Shown: positions 8,289-18,175, counted from the stretch's first letter. The stretch is 64,000 nucleotides of DNA from Abditibacteriaceae bacterium (GCA_031372065.1 JANMKN010000388.1:1-64000); one strand, 5' to 3'. The notes: generated by a model not told the origin, from the sequence alone. Translations and numbers: made by a program.

Positions 8289-10382
8289 TTACTGCACGAA
8301 AATAAACTCGCGCGTGTTGAACAAAACCCACGTTAATTCGGGCAGTTCCAAGCCCTGAGTAAGCGCGTTTAGCACTTTGGTTTTCTCGCTTGCGTTTGGC
8401 ATCCGGCCCAAGAAACTCAGATACAGTGATTCAATCTGGCGCTCTTTAGTGGGCTGCAAGGCGGCGCTTTTGAGAGCCAGCGCATCACTATTACCGATGA
8501 CGCGCTGCACATCGCCGTTCATCAGCATTAGCACTTGCGGAATGCCGCCTTCGCGCGAAGAATCGTCGGCGATTTCGCGGTCGCTTTCTCCAAACATTCG
8601 CAGAAAATGGCTTTCTTTGCTCGGCTGCTCCAATTCGGAGGCGCGCGCTAAAATCATCCCGACAAAGCGCGGCGGCGGGGCTTTTTTGCCGTCTATCGTT
8701 TCGTAATTGAGGGCGTTCGGGCCAAGGCCTTTCAGGTCTTGCGGCTTTAGGCTTTTGGCCTTGTCTTCGATCATTTTGAGGCTTAATTCATCACCCGCAA
8801 TCACCAAGGGCTGCAAGGCTTCCACACGTTTGAGTTGATAATAATTCAAGCCCGAACCTGCCGCTAAAGTAAGCACCGAATCCCACGCTTGCTCGGCGGT
8901 CATGCGCCGCAAAAGCGGGCCGGGAAATAGATACGGGCCTTTGGATAAATCGGGCGTGATGTTAGCTTGCCGCTGATACGTTTTGCTATTGAAAAGCACG
9001 CGCTGAAACTCGCGCAGATCGAAATTGAGTCGCTTCATTTCGGCGCCCAAATGCACTAAAAGCTGCGGGTTTGAGGCTTTATTTAGATCATCCAGATCGC
9101 TAATCGGCTCCTGCACCGCGAGGCCGAAATTTTTCTGCCACAAGCGGTTGGCAATGGCTACGGCAAAGCGTGGGTTATCGGGATTAGTTAGCCATGTGGC
9201 AAACGCTTGGCGGCGCTTGTCCGGGTCATTTGTGTCCACATTATAGGCCGCACTTTTCTTGTCGCTTTCGTCCCATGTGAAGAGCGCGGGATGCACCAAT
9301 TCGCCGGGTTTGGCGTTGTCGTATTTATAATCTTTGGGAAACGCAAGTTTCTTTCGGGGGACGATTTTTACTGCCGAAGCGTTGACCGTTGCCAGCGCCA
9401 CTAACATTTTTTTGTCTTTTTCGTCAAAGGAATCCGATTGCTTGATGATCCTTTTGGCAATGCCATTGCCTTTGACAACGCTGGTGTCTACGTCACCGAA
9501 AAAGGCGGCCATTTCATAAAATTGCTTTTGTGTCCACGGCGCCAGAGGATGATCATGACACTGCGCGCAAGCCACATTGGCCCCTAAAAAAGTCGTCAAT
9601 GTGCCGGACAAATTATCCAGTGGCATTCCCGGATCGCGCAATAAATAACCCGCCGCGCCGTTGGTGATGAGGCGCCCCTCGGCGGTCATCATTTTGTAAA
9701 CCGTCTCGTTCCACGGGCTGTTTTTGGTGATACGCTCTTTGAGCCACTCCTGATAAGTGAAAGTCGGCCCGCCTTTGTTGATGCGGTCTTTGACGCGCAG
9801 CATATCGGCCAGCCAATTGAAACTTTGCGAGCGATAATCCTGCGAAAGCAGTAACGCATCAATGATCTGCGCGCGCTTGTCGGGCGCGCTATTGGAAAGG
9901 AAATCGGTTACTTCATCGCGTGTGGGAATGCGCCCGGCAGCATCGAGATAAACGCGCCGCAAAAATTGTTCATCGCTGGTAAGGGCGTTGGGCTTTTGCT
10001 TGGCTTCGCCGAGTCTTTCCAAAACCAGCGCGTCAATCTTCGCGGCGGCATCAGCGACTTTGAGCGTGCTTTGCACCAGCGGCAAAGCATCGGGCGCTAC
10101 AGTTAAAACTTGTTTCACCGGCGCGCTGATGCGAGCGCTTGTTGGCGTTGCCTCGTCGCGCCTGCCGCGCCGATTCTTGCTTCCATTACCACGCCGATTA
10201 CCGCCCGCCTGATTTTGCGGTTGCGCTTGCGGGCGCTGCATTTCCTGCATTCGTTGCCGACGCTGCGCCTGCATAACGCGATTCGTCACCTTGTTTTTGC
10301 GGTTTTGCGCCTGCGCGGGGCCAAAACACAGCAAAAAAGCCGACAGAACAAGCAAAGGGCGAAAGAGAAGCTGTTTTTTCAT
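8289..10382 (-). CDS. DUF1549/DUF1553 (PSCyt2/PSD1) planctomycete-type cytochrome c domain protein
   Basis: Signal peptide, DEQFLRRVYLDAAGRIP, WLADMLRV, heme-binding CAQCHDHP, NPRFAVAIANRLWQKNFG, RRMTAEQAWDS and C-terminal WVLFNTREF. Confidence 0.9.
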   Translation of the reverse strand: MKKQLLFRPLLVLSAFLLCFGPAQAQNRKNKVTNRVMQAQRRQRMQEMQRPQAQPQNQAGGNRRGNGSKNRRGRRDEATPTSARISAPVKQVLTVAPDALPLVQSTLKVADAAAKIDALVLERLGEAKQKPNALTSDEQFLRRVYLDAAGRIPTRDEVTDFLSNSAPDKRAQIIDALLLSQDYRSQSFNWLADMLRVKDRINKGGPTFTYQEWLKERITKNSPWNETVYKMMTAEGRLITNGAAGYLLRDPGMPLDNLSGTLTTFLGANVACAQCHDHPLAPWTQKQFYEMAAFFGDVDTSVVKGNGIAKRIIKQSDSFDEKDKKMLVALATVNASAVKIVPRKKLAFPKDYKYDNAKPGELVHPALFTWDESDKKSAAYNVDTNDPDKRRQAFATWLTNPDNPRFAVAIANRLWQKNFGLAVQEPISDLDDLNKASNPQLLVHLGAEMKRLNFDLREFQRVLFNSKTYQRQANITPDLSKGPYLFPGPLLRRMTAEQAWDSVLTLAAGSGLNYYQLKRVEALQPLVIAGDELSLKMIEDKAKSLKPQDLKGLGPNALNYETIDGKKAPPPRFVGMILARASELEQPSKESHFLRMFGESDREIADDSSREGGIPQVLMLMNGDVQRVIGNSDALALKSAALQPTKERQIESLYLSFLGRMPNASEKTKVLNALTQGLELPELTWVLFNTREFIFVQ

Positions 10383-10497
10383 GGCTGGGACGAAAGTCCT
10401 TTTTCTTGCAATGAGACTTTTGAAACGCCGCGCCGCGCGCCGGTGTGCGTTTTTACAGCAAATTTACACAGGTGTCACAGAAGTTCACGACAGCGCG

Positions 10498-11967
10498 TTA
10501 CACCGGCACGCCGCGCCGCAAAAACTTTTGGGCTTGTTCCATCGCTTTGCTGGCGTAATCGTGGGCGTGGCCGACTTCCATGCAGCCGCGATGCGAGGGC
10601 AGCAATTTGGATGGATTGAAATTGTTTTTCGGATTGAAAACCGCGCGCACATCGCGCATCGCCGAAAGTGTATCGGGCGTGAAGGCGTATTCCATCAGCG
10701 AGACTTTTTCGACGCCGATGCCGTGTTCGCCGGTCACGCTGCCGCCGTAATCTATGCAGCGGCGCAGAATTTCTTCGCCTGCTTCGAGAACTATCGGCAA
10801 TTGCGCCGGGTCGCGTTCGTCGAACAAAATGCAGGGATGCAAATTGCCGTCGCCGGCGTGAAAAACGTTGGCGACTTTGACACCGTGACGCGCCGCGATT
10901 TCTTTAATCTCTTTGAGCATCGGCGCGATTTTCGAGCGCGGCACCACGCCGTCTTGCGTGACATACGAAGGCGTCACGCGGCCCAGTGCGGCAAAGGCAC
11001 CTTTGCGCGCCGCCCACAAAAGTTTGCGTTCTTTGTCGTCTTTGGCGAGCCGCACTTCGCGCGCACCGCTTTCGCGGCAAATCTGCGCGGCGCGTTCGTA
11101 TTCTTCCGTCGCGGCTTCGGGCAGTCCGTCGGTTTCGATCAGTAAAATCGCTTTGGCATCGAGCGGCAGGCCGAATTTATAGGCCGCTTCGATGGCGGGC
11201 AGGAAAACATCGTCCAACATTTCCAGCGCCGCCGGAATGATGCCCGCCGCGATGACATTGGAAACGCATTGCGCGGCCTCGTCGAAGTCGTCGAAAATCG
11301 CCAGCATGGTGCGCGCCGCTTGCGGAACCGGCGTGAGTTTCACCCACGCTTTGGTCACGATGCCGAAAGTGCCTTCGCTGCCAACGCCAACGCCCAATAA
11401 ATCGTAGCCGGGCATTCCTTCTAAGGTGCCGCCGAGCCAGACGATTTCGCCGTCCGGCAAGACCATTTCCACGCCTAATGTATGGTTCACCGTGATGCCA
11501 TATTTGAGCGTGTGCGGCCCGCCCGAATTGTTGGCGATGTTGCCGCCGATGGTGCAAGCCGCTTGCGAGGATGGGTCGGGCGCGTAATGCAAGCCAAAAG
11601 GCGCCGCAGCTTGCGTGAGATGCAGATTCACCACGCCCGCTTCGACAAGCGCGCGGCGATTGGTCGCGTCCACTTCCACAATGCGCTTCATGCGCGTCAT
11701 GGCCACTAAAATCGAATCGGTTTCCGCCAAAGTGCCGCCCGCGAGGCCCGTTCCGGCGCCGCGCGGCACGATATTGAGATTGTGTTTGATGGCGCACTTA
11801 ACCAGCGCGGCGGTTTCTTCGGTTGTGCCGGGAAAAACCACCACTTCGGGGCGCCTTTTAAAGGCGACACAGGCATCGCATTCGTAAACCAGAAGGTCGT
11901 CCGGCGTGGAAACGATATTTTTCGCGCCGACAATCGCTTGCAATTCGCTGAGAATTTGAGGAGTCAC
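10498..11967 (-). CDS. glcD: FAD-linked oxidase, glycolate oxidase subunit GlcD-like
   Basis: PRGAGTGLAGG, YAPDPSSQAACTIGGN, GGPHTLKYG, GSEGTFG, VFHAGDGNLHP and GEHGIGVEK. Start uncertain (GTG 11967 versus 12003). Confidence 0.85.
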   Translation of the reverse strand: MTPQILSELQAIVGAKNIVSTPDDLLVYECDACVAFKRRPEVVVFPGTTEETAALVKCAIKHNLNIVPRGAGTGLAGGTLAETDSILVAMTRMKRIVEVDATNRRALVEAGVVNLHLTQAAAPFGLHYAPDPSSQAACTIGGNIANNSGGPHTLKYGITVNHTLGVEMVLPDGEIVWLGGTLEGMPGYDLLGVGVGSEGTFGIVTKAWVKLTPVPQAARTMLAIFDDFDEAAQCVSNVIAAGIIPAALEMLDDVFLPAIEAAYKFGLPLDAKAILLIETDGLPEAATEEYERAAQICRESGAREVRLAKDDKERKLLWAARKGAFAALGRVTPSYVTQDGVVPRSKIAPMLKEIKEIAARHGVKVANVFHAGDGNLHPCILFDERDPAQLPIVLEAGEEILRRCIDYGGSVTGEHGIGVEKVSLMEYAFTPDTLSAMRDVRAVFNPKNNFNPSKLLPSHRGCMEVGHAHDYASKAMEQAQKFLRRGVPV

Positions 11968-12014
11968 AAGCGGTAGTTTAAAAGCTATCGTCGGGCGGCA
12001 CACAAAAGGCAGAC

Positions 12015-12049
12015 AAAAGCCGCGCTTGAATTTTCAAGCGCGGCTTTTT
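12015..12049. terminator. Intrinsic terminator (bidirectional type) downstream of the 12079-12777 gene
   Basis: aaaagccgcgcttgaa / ttcaagcgcggctttt is a perfect inverted repeat with A/T tails, 30 nt past the stop codon. Confidence 0.85.
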
Positions 12050-12078
12050 GATGGCGTTTCCGGTGAGCGGAGTGCGTT

Positions 12079-12777
12079 TCACGGCTGTGTAGACACGCTT
12101 TTGACGGCGGAATAGTCGCCGATGGCGTTTCTGCCGTCGGAATAGCGAATGCGATATTCGCGCGATTCAGTGCGGCCCGGCGTGAGATTCTGGCGCATAT
12201 CCAAATAGTTCGCGGCAGCGACTTTATCCAGCACGGCCCACTCGGTTTCGGCCCCGCGACGGCCTTCGATAATGACCATAGGCGAACCATCGCGCGTGAA
12301 AGTCAGTTCAACGTAGCCGTTGGGTTGCGCGTCGGCGTCTTTGATGCGCGGCGCGCCTTTGGGCGGTTGGGGAATCGGGTCGAGACGCAGCAATGTTTTC
12401 AAGGCGGGCGTGAGATTGTTCGATTTGAGAATCGTATCGTTCACCAATTCGGCGATGAAGTTGAAAATGCCGCTGTCGGGTGCGCCCGAAGGCGGCGTGG
12501 GCGGCGCGAAAGTCGGCAAAACTGTCGCTTGAGGAGTCGGGTCGCTGTCTAAATCGGTCAGCAACGTCGTGCCGCCTTTGGAAAAGGAGCGCACATAAGG
12601 CAGATAGCGATTGAGCAGGTAGTTATACCAGTCCGCAGCGGACTGGATACGGGTCATGGCGACTGTCGTAACGCCCAAATCAGTCGCAATCGGTGCCAAA
12701 ACTGCCGCGAAGTTGCCGAGCCATTTGCCACGCTCATCGAAGGAGCCGGGCAGATAATTCACATTAACCAGATTCAT
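12079..12777 (-). CDS. Uncharacterised cytoplasmic protein: N-terminal helical domain, Pro-rich linker, C-terminal FN3-like beta-sandwich
   Basis: Strong RBS (AGGAGG, 12784-12789) before GTG/ATG at 12780/12777; no signal peptide; C-terminal VELTF...IEGRRG.E.EW..L....YLD.R.NL..G..E.REYRIRY....GDYS suggests an FN3-like fold by eye. Confidence 0.75.
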   Translation of the reverse strand: MNLVNVNYLPGSFDERGKWLGNFAAVLAPIATDLGVTTVAMTRIQSAADWYNYLLNRYLPYVRSFSKGGTTLLTDLDSDPTPQATVLPTFAPPTPPSGAPDSGIFNFIAELVNDTILKSNNLTPALKTLLRLDPIPQPPKGAPRIKDADAQPNGYVELTFTRDGSPMVIIEGRRGAETEWAVLDKVAAANYLDMRQNLTPGRTESREYRIRYSDGRNAIGDYSAVKSVSTQP

Positions 12778-12799
12778 CACAAACCTCCTGAGACTTGAT

Positions 12800-12830
12800 A
12801 TTATTATCGCGAAAACAATGCGTTTGTCAA
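12800..12830 (-). promoter_or_regulatory. Putative sigma70-type promoter for the 12079-12777 gene
   Basis: Minus strand reads TTGACA-aacgcattgttttcgc-GATAAT (16-nt spacer), about 25 nt upstream of the start codon. Confidence 0.65.
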
Positions 12831-12872
12831 ACGGAATCACGCCTGTTTAGGAGAAAAAAAGGATAGATTTTG

Positions 12873-13110
12873 AAAAAGCTGCCTTAGATTTCGGGAAATC
12901 TACGATAGCTTTTTAGACATCCATCGTAGCTTTCGAGAAATCTAAGATAGCTTTTTGGACATCTAAAGTAGCTTTTTAGACATCTACGATAGCTTTTGCG
13001 ACATCTAAGGCAGCTTTTTAGACATCTACGATGGCTTTTTAGACATCTACGATAGCTTTTTCAGTATCTAAGGCAGCTTTTTGGACATCCGCGACGGATT
13101 TCGAGAAATC
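12873..13110. repeat. 21-bp tandem repeat array A (10 units, 12898-13107) plus an inverted unit at 12873-12889
   Basis: Consensus atctacgatagctttttagac at exact 21-bp spacing; 12873-12889 is the exact reverse complement of atctaaggcagcttttt (13003-13019 and 13066-13082). Confidence 0.95.
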
Positions 13111-14187
13111 TCAGCGCATTCGATAGAGTTTGACGCTATTTTGAGTGCTAACCGCTAAAGTCGAACCATCGGGCGAAAGGGCCATAGCGTAAATACATTG
13201 ATTTACTTTGACTTCGCGTAGGAGTTTGCCTGTTGCTATGTCCCAAATATAAAAGATTATGTCCTTGTGTAAAATTCCCGCCTTTTCATTTTCAAAAGTG
13301 TCGTAAGCAAGTAACCACGGTTTGCTGCCGGAAGATTGTAGCCATCTCATCCAAGGGGTAATCATTGGGTGATGAACCGAGATTTTCAACTTTCCCGTTT
13401 GAGCATCTCGCAATTGACATCCTCCCTTTCCTGAAATAAAGAAAGTGGTGCCATCAGTCGAAAAACTAATTAATTGGTGGGAAGGAGGCAGCAATGAAGC
13501 GGGCAAGAATACATTACGTTTTGCAGCCTGTGCCTCAAAGAGAAGAATACCAATCGAATTTTGATTTCGATCAAGTTTGTCGTCAAGCATAGCTGCTCCA
13601 CTGTTGCCGCTCATTGCCAAATTCCCATCTTCAAATGTTTTGCCTGAAGGCGGCTTTATTTCTGATGTTGTTAGCAAACGTCCTGTAGCTCTATCGAGAG
13701 TGCTAATCATAATGGAATCGCCCTTTTGTTGGCCCTCAATCATTTGTTTTCCATCAGTCGAAATGTTGTAGTTGAAAAATTCGGAGGGGGAAATCGGAAT
13801 GCGCAAGGGCACCGGTTTTTTCTTTTGCAAGTCCCAAATTGTCCAACAATCGCAACCTGATTTAGTGCCTGAATCATGATAGAGCAACGAACCGTTAGGC
13901 AATAAACGAAGACTGCCCGGATCAGCATCTACATTTAGAGAACGCGACAACACCTTTTTGTCGGTATCCCAAAATTGCAATTGATCGTTAATGCTATCCT
14001 CCACCAAAAGCGTTTTGCTGTCGGGCATCCATAGCAATTGATAGATTATCTTGGTGTCGGCAGACAATGGCAGCGTGCGCGGCTGCCAACTACGGCGCTC
14101 GCGGATGACGGCGAAAAGCAGCAGCGGAATAAGCAAAAGGACGGCTATTCCCGCGCGGCGTTTGGTGAGGCGAAAGCGATTCATCAC
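13111..14187 (-). CDS. Membrane-anchored WD40/beta-propeller protein
   Basis: N-terminal TM; LQFWDT, TIWDL, FSTDG, LRDAQTGK, IWDIATGKLLR and LSPDGSTLAV propeller motifs. Confidence 0.8.
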   Translation of the reverse strand: MMNRFRLTKRRAGIAVLLLIPLLLFAVIRERRSWQPRTLPLSADTKIIYQLLWMPDSKTLLVEDSINDQLQFWDTDKKVLSRSLNVDADPGSLRLLPNGSLLYHDSGTKSGCDCWTIWDLQKKKPVPLRIPISPSEFFNYNISTDGKQMIEGQQKGDSIMISTLDRATGRLLTTSEIKPPSGKTFEDGNLAMSGNSGAAMLDDKLDRNQNSIGILLFEAQAAKRNVFLPASLLPPSHQLISFSTDGTTFFISGKGGCQLRDAQTGKLKISVHHPMITPWMRWLQSSGSKPWLLAYDTFENEKAGILHKDIIFYIWDIATGKLLREVKVNQCIYAMALSPDGSTLAVSTQNSVKLYRMR

Positions 14188-14287
14188 AGTGAATTATGCA
14201 ACAAAAAACGCGGCTATAAAATGAAGCGCTGAAATATGTCGGGAAAACAGATAACGTCGCGGCGTTATACTTTTTAGTGAGGTTTTT

Positions 14288-17200
14288 ATGACTTTTCGCC
14301 GTGTTCTTCTCTCTCTTTTCGTTTTTTGCTGCCTCGCGCCCGTTTTTGCCAAGGATTATGCCGACCCGGACGGCGCGTTTGCCGTTCGTGTGCCGGATAA
14401 CTGGCAAACGCAGCGCGCACCCATTGATACCGGCGTGTGGCTGACGGTTTTGGCGCCCCTCGTGAGGCCCGGACAGCAATCGGAAAGTCTTAATATCGTC
14501 GCGGTGCCCACGCCCAAAGCGGCGACGGGCGCGGCGCTGGATAATCTCGCCAAGTTGCTCATCGGCGTGATGGAGCAAATTCTCAAAACGCAGGGCACCG
14601 TGCAAATCGGCGAAACGACGCACGTCAAGCATGAAAATCTCGATGCCGTGCGCGCCGATTTGAGTTTCACCAGCCCCAACGGAACCGATAGGGGCTACTT
14701 TTTGGTGCTGTCGGGCCAGCGTCACGCCTTTTTGGTGGTTCCCAGCGGGCCGCAAGGCGATGAAAACGGCCTCAAGCGCGCCGAAGCGGTGTTATCCACG
14801 CTGGTTTTGGAAGGCACGCAGCCCAAAGCGGGCATCGCCATGCCGCCCGCCACGCAAAATCAAACCGGCGCTGCCGATGTCGAGGCAACCAACCAAGCCG
14901 CCGGAGAAAAATTTGTCAAAGACTTAGTCGAAGAAGAAAAAGAATTAATCGCCATGCAGCAGGCGTTTTTGGAGCGCACGCCCGACAAAGAGGCCAAAGC
15001 GCCGGACAATAACACGCTGCGCGCCCGCTTTACCGAAGCCAATGCCGCGCGTTTGGCGGCGCCGGAAAATTCCAAAGAACGCGCCCTTTCGGCGCGTCGC
15101 GCGATGGATGCCGCGACAGATATGGCGTGGCTCCTTTTCGACAAGCAGCAATTCGACGAAGCCGCGACATGGTTCGAGAAACGCGCTGCGTTGCGCCGCG
15201 AAAGTTATCAGGCGGCGCGCACTTTTCAGGAAAATCTCGTGGCCCAACGCTTTGACGACATGAAAAAATGGCGCGCCCTGCAAAAACAAAGTGCGCCCGA
15301 TCAAGCGGCGGGTTTTCATGCCGTTCTCACGCTTATCGGCGGCTTGCAAGCCGAGCGCCTTCAGGTTTTGCAAACCTTCGCCACCGACAGCAACGACAAC
15401 GCGGCAGTGGTGCGTTATGCCACGCAGGAATTGCAACTGCGCACCGATGAATTGCAAGACGCCACGCAAAAAGGCGCCTTGCTGGAGCCGATAGAAGGCA
15501 AGAAAGCGCAAATCGCCGCCGCCCACGAGCATCTGGCGACGGCGCTTTCGTCGCTGGCGCGCTACGACGAGGCCGAAAAAAACCTGCGCCGCGCCTTGGA
15601 AATCCGGCGCGGCTTGCCCGCGACCTTCGGGCAGCGTGATATTCACATCCCCATCGCGGAATTAGGCGCCTTGCGCGGTGCTTTAGGCGATTTGCCGGGC
15701 GCACGCGACTTTTATCAGCAAGCGCTACTGGCCTTGGAATCCGATGCGCCCGCGCGGGCCAAAACAGTGGCTACCGAACTTGTCACGCCCGAAGGCTTGA
15801 AGATTGAGGCAACTATCGCGCAAGGCACAATCCTGCTGACCTTGGCCACGGTGTTGGAAAACATGAACGATTATGTAGCGGCAGCGCGGCATCTCGAACG
15901 CATTCCGCAATTGCTCGAAACCGTGCCCGAAACTGGCGATCTGGCACGCCGCAAGCAATTGCTGGGCTTGACGGCGCGCCTGATGTTAGCCGCCACGCAC
16001 GCTGATGCGGGCGAAACCACTACGGCACTGAGCGAAATCAAGGAAATCACACCGCTTTTGCGCACTTTGAGCGGCGAAATCGGCGTGTCCGGGCCGCTGG
16101 TCAGCACCTTAGCGGTTTATGCTGTGCTTTATGAGCGCGGCGAAATCAGCCGCGCGCAAATTTTAGAAGCGCGCACCTACGCCGAGCAGTTTCAGCGCGT
16201 AGCCGTTTCGACGCAGGACTTGGGCAACATGGCGCGGGCCAGCTATTTTCTGGCGACCATTGATAACGAATTGGATGATCTTCCCAATGCCAGTCTGAAC
16301 GCCGAAGAATTTCTCAATGCCGCCCGCAAAGCCGAAAACACTTCCGACATCAGCGATGCTCAGGTAATGCTCGCCAAAGTGCGCCACAAGCAAAAACGCG
16401 AAGACGAAGCGTTGGCTGCTTTGGCCGAAGCCGATAAATTTGCTGCTGGCGTCGGTTCGTCGCTCGATAAATCTATGATTAGCGATGTGCGCGGCCAAGT
16501 GTTGGAAGCCAAAGGCGATTTGCCCGGCGCGTCAGCCAGTTACAAGCAAGCGATTGCCCTCATGGAAAGCGTGCGCGCCGGGGCCGCCTCGGAAAGCGAT
16601 TTTTCGAGCTTGAAAAGCCGCTACGAAGTGTATGAACACATGGTGCGCCTGCTCATCAAAATGGGGCGCGCTGATGAAGCCTTTGATTATTTAGGCCGCG
16701 CCAAATCAAAGAAAATGCAGGACAACTTGCGCCTGACTAATGTGCGTTCGCCCAATCCCGAACTGCAAGCCTTATTAGATCGCTTCAACGGCATCGAAAC
16801 CAAACTGCAAACTGTCAGCACGCAATTGCAAAGCGAGCAATCCAAGCCTGAAACTGAGCGCGACGCCGCCAAAATTGAAACCTTGAAAACGTTGGTTGCC
16901 ACCACGCAAGGCGAATATCGGCGTGTTTTTGAAGAAATCAAAACCAAACATCCCAACTGGGAAGCGAATTTAACCGTCAAGCCGCGCGAACTCAAAGCCA
17001 CGCAGCGCAGCATTCCCGCAGGCGTGGTTTTGGTGCAATATGCGCCCGTCGGCGAGCAGATTTATATCTTCGTCGTGACGCGCGATGATTTGAAAATCTA
17101 CACGCCCGCCGCAAAAACTGAGGATGTTTTCACGCGCATCAAAAACTTGCGCCGTCTAATTGTGCAGGAAGGCCAACGTGGCGTGCCGGTGCCCGCCAAA

Positions 17201-18064
17201 GCGCCGGCCACCAACGATTCTTCCAGCAGCACCGGCAATTTGTTGGCGCTTTATGAAATGCTCATCAAGCCCATCGAAGCCGACATAAAAGACGCCAAAA
17301 CCATCGCGTTTATTCCCAACCAGATTTTGTATTATTTGCCGTTTCACGCCTTGGCGCGGCGCGACGGCGATAAAGTTCGCTATCTTATCGAAGACAAAGA
17401 AGTGGTTTATTTAACCGGCGCTGACGTGATGCGCTTCGTGCAGCCGTCCGACACTACAAAAAAACAAAATGGCTTAGTGGCATTTGGCAACCCGACCGGC
17501 GCCAATTTGCCCGCTTCGCAGGAAGAAGTGAAAACCATCGGCACGGTTTATCCGCAATCGCAGATTATGACGGGCGCCGATGTCACCAAAGGCGCCGTGA
17601 CCGCCTCCACGACTATGGATAAGCGCATTGTGCATTTCGCCACGCACGGCTTTTTAAACGCCAATGTGCCCTCGCAAAGTTACATTCAACTCGCCAAAGG
17701 CGGCGCGCAAGGCAGCGAGCAATTAACCGTCAACGAAGTGTGGGATTTGCCCTTGCAAAAAGTGGATTTAGTGACGCTTTCGGCCTGTGAAACCGCGCTT
17801 TCGCAGCGCAATCCCGATGGCGGCGACATCACAACTTTAGCCGAAGCCTTTTCTACCGCCGGCGCGACTTCCGTGCTGTGCAGCTTATGGAGCGTCGCCG
17901 ACGACAGCACACGCGATTTGATGGTGGAATTTTATACGCAGTTAGCCGCTGGCGCGACCAAAGGCGCCGCCCTGCGCGCCGCCGAACTCAAAGTCATGCG
18001 CAATCCACAAACGGCCCATCCCTTTTACTGGTCGCCCTTCATTTTAATGGGCGACTGGCGCTAA
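14288..18064 (+). CDS. Exported TPR-repeat CHAT-domain (caspase/HetF-like) protease
   Basis: Signal peptide, PsbP/DcrB-like N-terminal domain, TPR-like helices, and CHAT catalytic motifs VHFATHG and LVTLSACETA, plus SLWSVAD and HPFYWSPFILMG. Confidence 0.9.
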   Translation: MTFRRVLLSLFVFCCLAPVFAKDYADPDGAFAVRVPDNWQTQRAPIDTGVWLTVLAPLVRPGQQSESLNIVAVPTPKAATGAALDNLAKLLIGVMEQILKTQGTVQIGETTHVKHENLDAVRADLSFTSPNGTDRGYFLVLSGQRHAFLVVPSGPQGDENGLKRAEAVLSTLVLEGTQPKAGIAMPPATQNQTGAADVEATNQAAGEKFVKDLVEEEKELIAMQQAFLERTPDKEAKAPDNNTLRARFTEANAARLAAPENSKERALSARRAMDAATDMAWLLFDKQQFDEAATWFEKRAALRRESYQAARTFQENLVAQRFDDMKKWRALQKQSAPDQAAGFHAVLTLIGGLQAERLQVLQTFATDSNDNAAVVRYATQELQLRTDELQDATQKGALLEPIEGKKAQIAAAHEHLATALSSLARYDEAEKNLRRALEIRRGLPATFGQRDIHIPIAELGALRGALGDLPGARDFYQQALLALESDAPARAKTVATELVTPEGLKIEATIAQGTILLTLATVLENMNDYVAAARHLERIPQLLETVPETGDLARRKQLLGLTARLMLAATHADAGETTTALSEIKEITPLLRTLSGEIGVSGPLVSTLAVYAVLYERGEISRAQILEARTYAEQFQRVAVSTQDLGNMARASYFLATIDNELDDLPNASLNAEEFLNAARKAENTSDISDAQVMLAKVRHKQKREDEALAALAEADKFAAGVGSSLDKSMISDVRGQVLEAKGDLPGASASYKQAIALMESVRAGAASESDFSSLKSRYEVYEHMVRLLIKMGRADEAFDYLGRAKSKKMQDNLRLTNVRSPNPELQALLDRFNGIETKLQTVSTQLQSEQSKPETERDAAKIETLKTLVATTQGEYRRVFEEIKTKHPNWEANLTVKPRELKATQRSIPAGVVLVQYAPVGEQIYIFVVTRDDLKIYTPAAKTEDVFTRIKNLRRLIVQEGQRGVPVPAKAPATNDSSSSTGNLLALYEMLIKPIEADIKDAKTIAFIPNQILYYLPFHALARRDGDKVRYLIEDKEVVYLTGADVMRFVQPSDTTKKQNGLVAFGNPTGANLPASQEEVKTIGTVYPQSQIMTGADVTKGAVTASTTMDKRIVHFATHGFLNANVPSQSYIQLAKGGAQGSEQLTVNEVWDLPLQKVDLVTLSACETALSQRNPDGGDITTLAEAFSTAGATSVLCSLWSVADDSTRDLMVEFYTQLAAGATKGAALRAAELKVMRNPQTAHPFYWSPFILMGDWR

Positions 18065-18175
18065 CGAAAATTTATGTGGCTGGAATTAGCGGGGCATTGG
18101 TGGGGAATAACATTGTTGTGGCGGCGCGCGGCGTTAATGTGGGCGATACGGCTTTGATGCAGAATTAACGGCATA

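Noticed and set aside
10291..11145. 284-aa plus-strand ORF and other long antisense ORFs (e.g. 822-1655, 49432-50214, 62101-63051)
   Set aside because: These are shadow frames opposite well-supported genes, expected from codon bias.
12873..13110. Arrays A, B and C as CRISPR arrays
   Set aside because: The period is only 21 bp, the variable parts are 8 nt or less and often recur, and no cas genes are in the window.
13111..18064. CHAT plus WD40 as a CRISPR-associated (Craspase) or NLR-like defence system
   Set aside because: No Cas7-11, STAND NTPase or gasdermin gene is visible, and the protease has an export signal.
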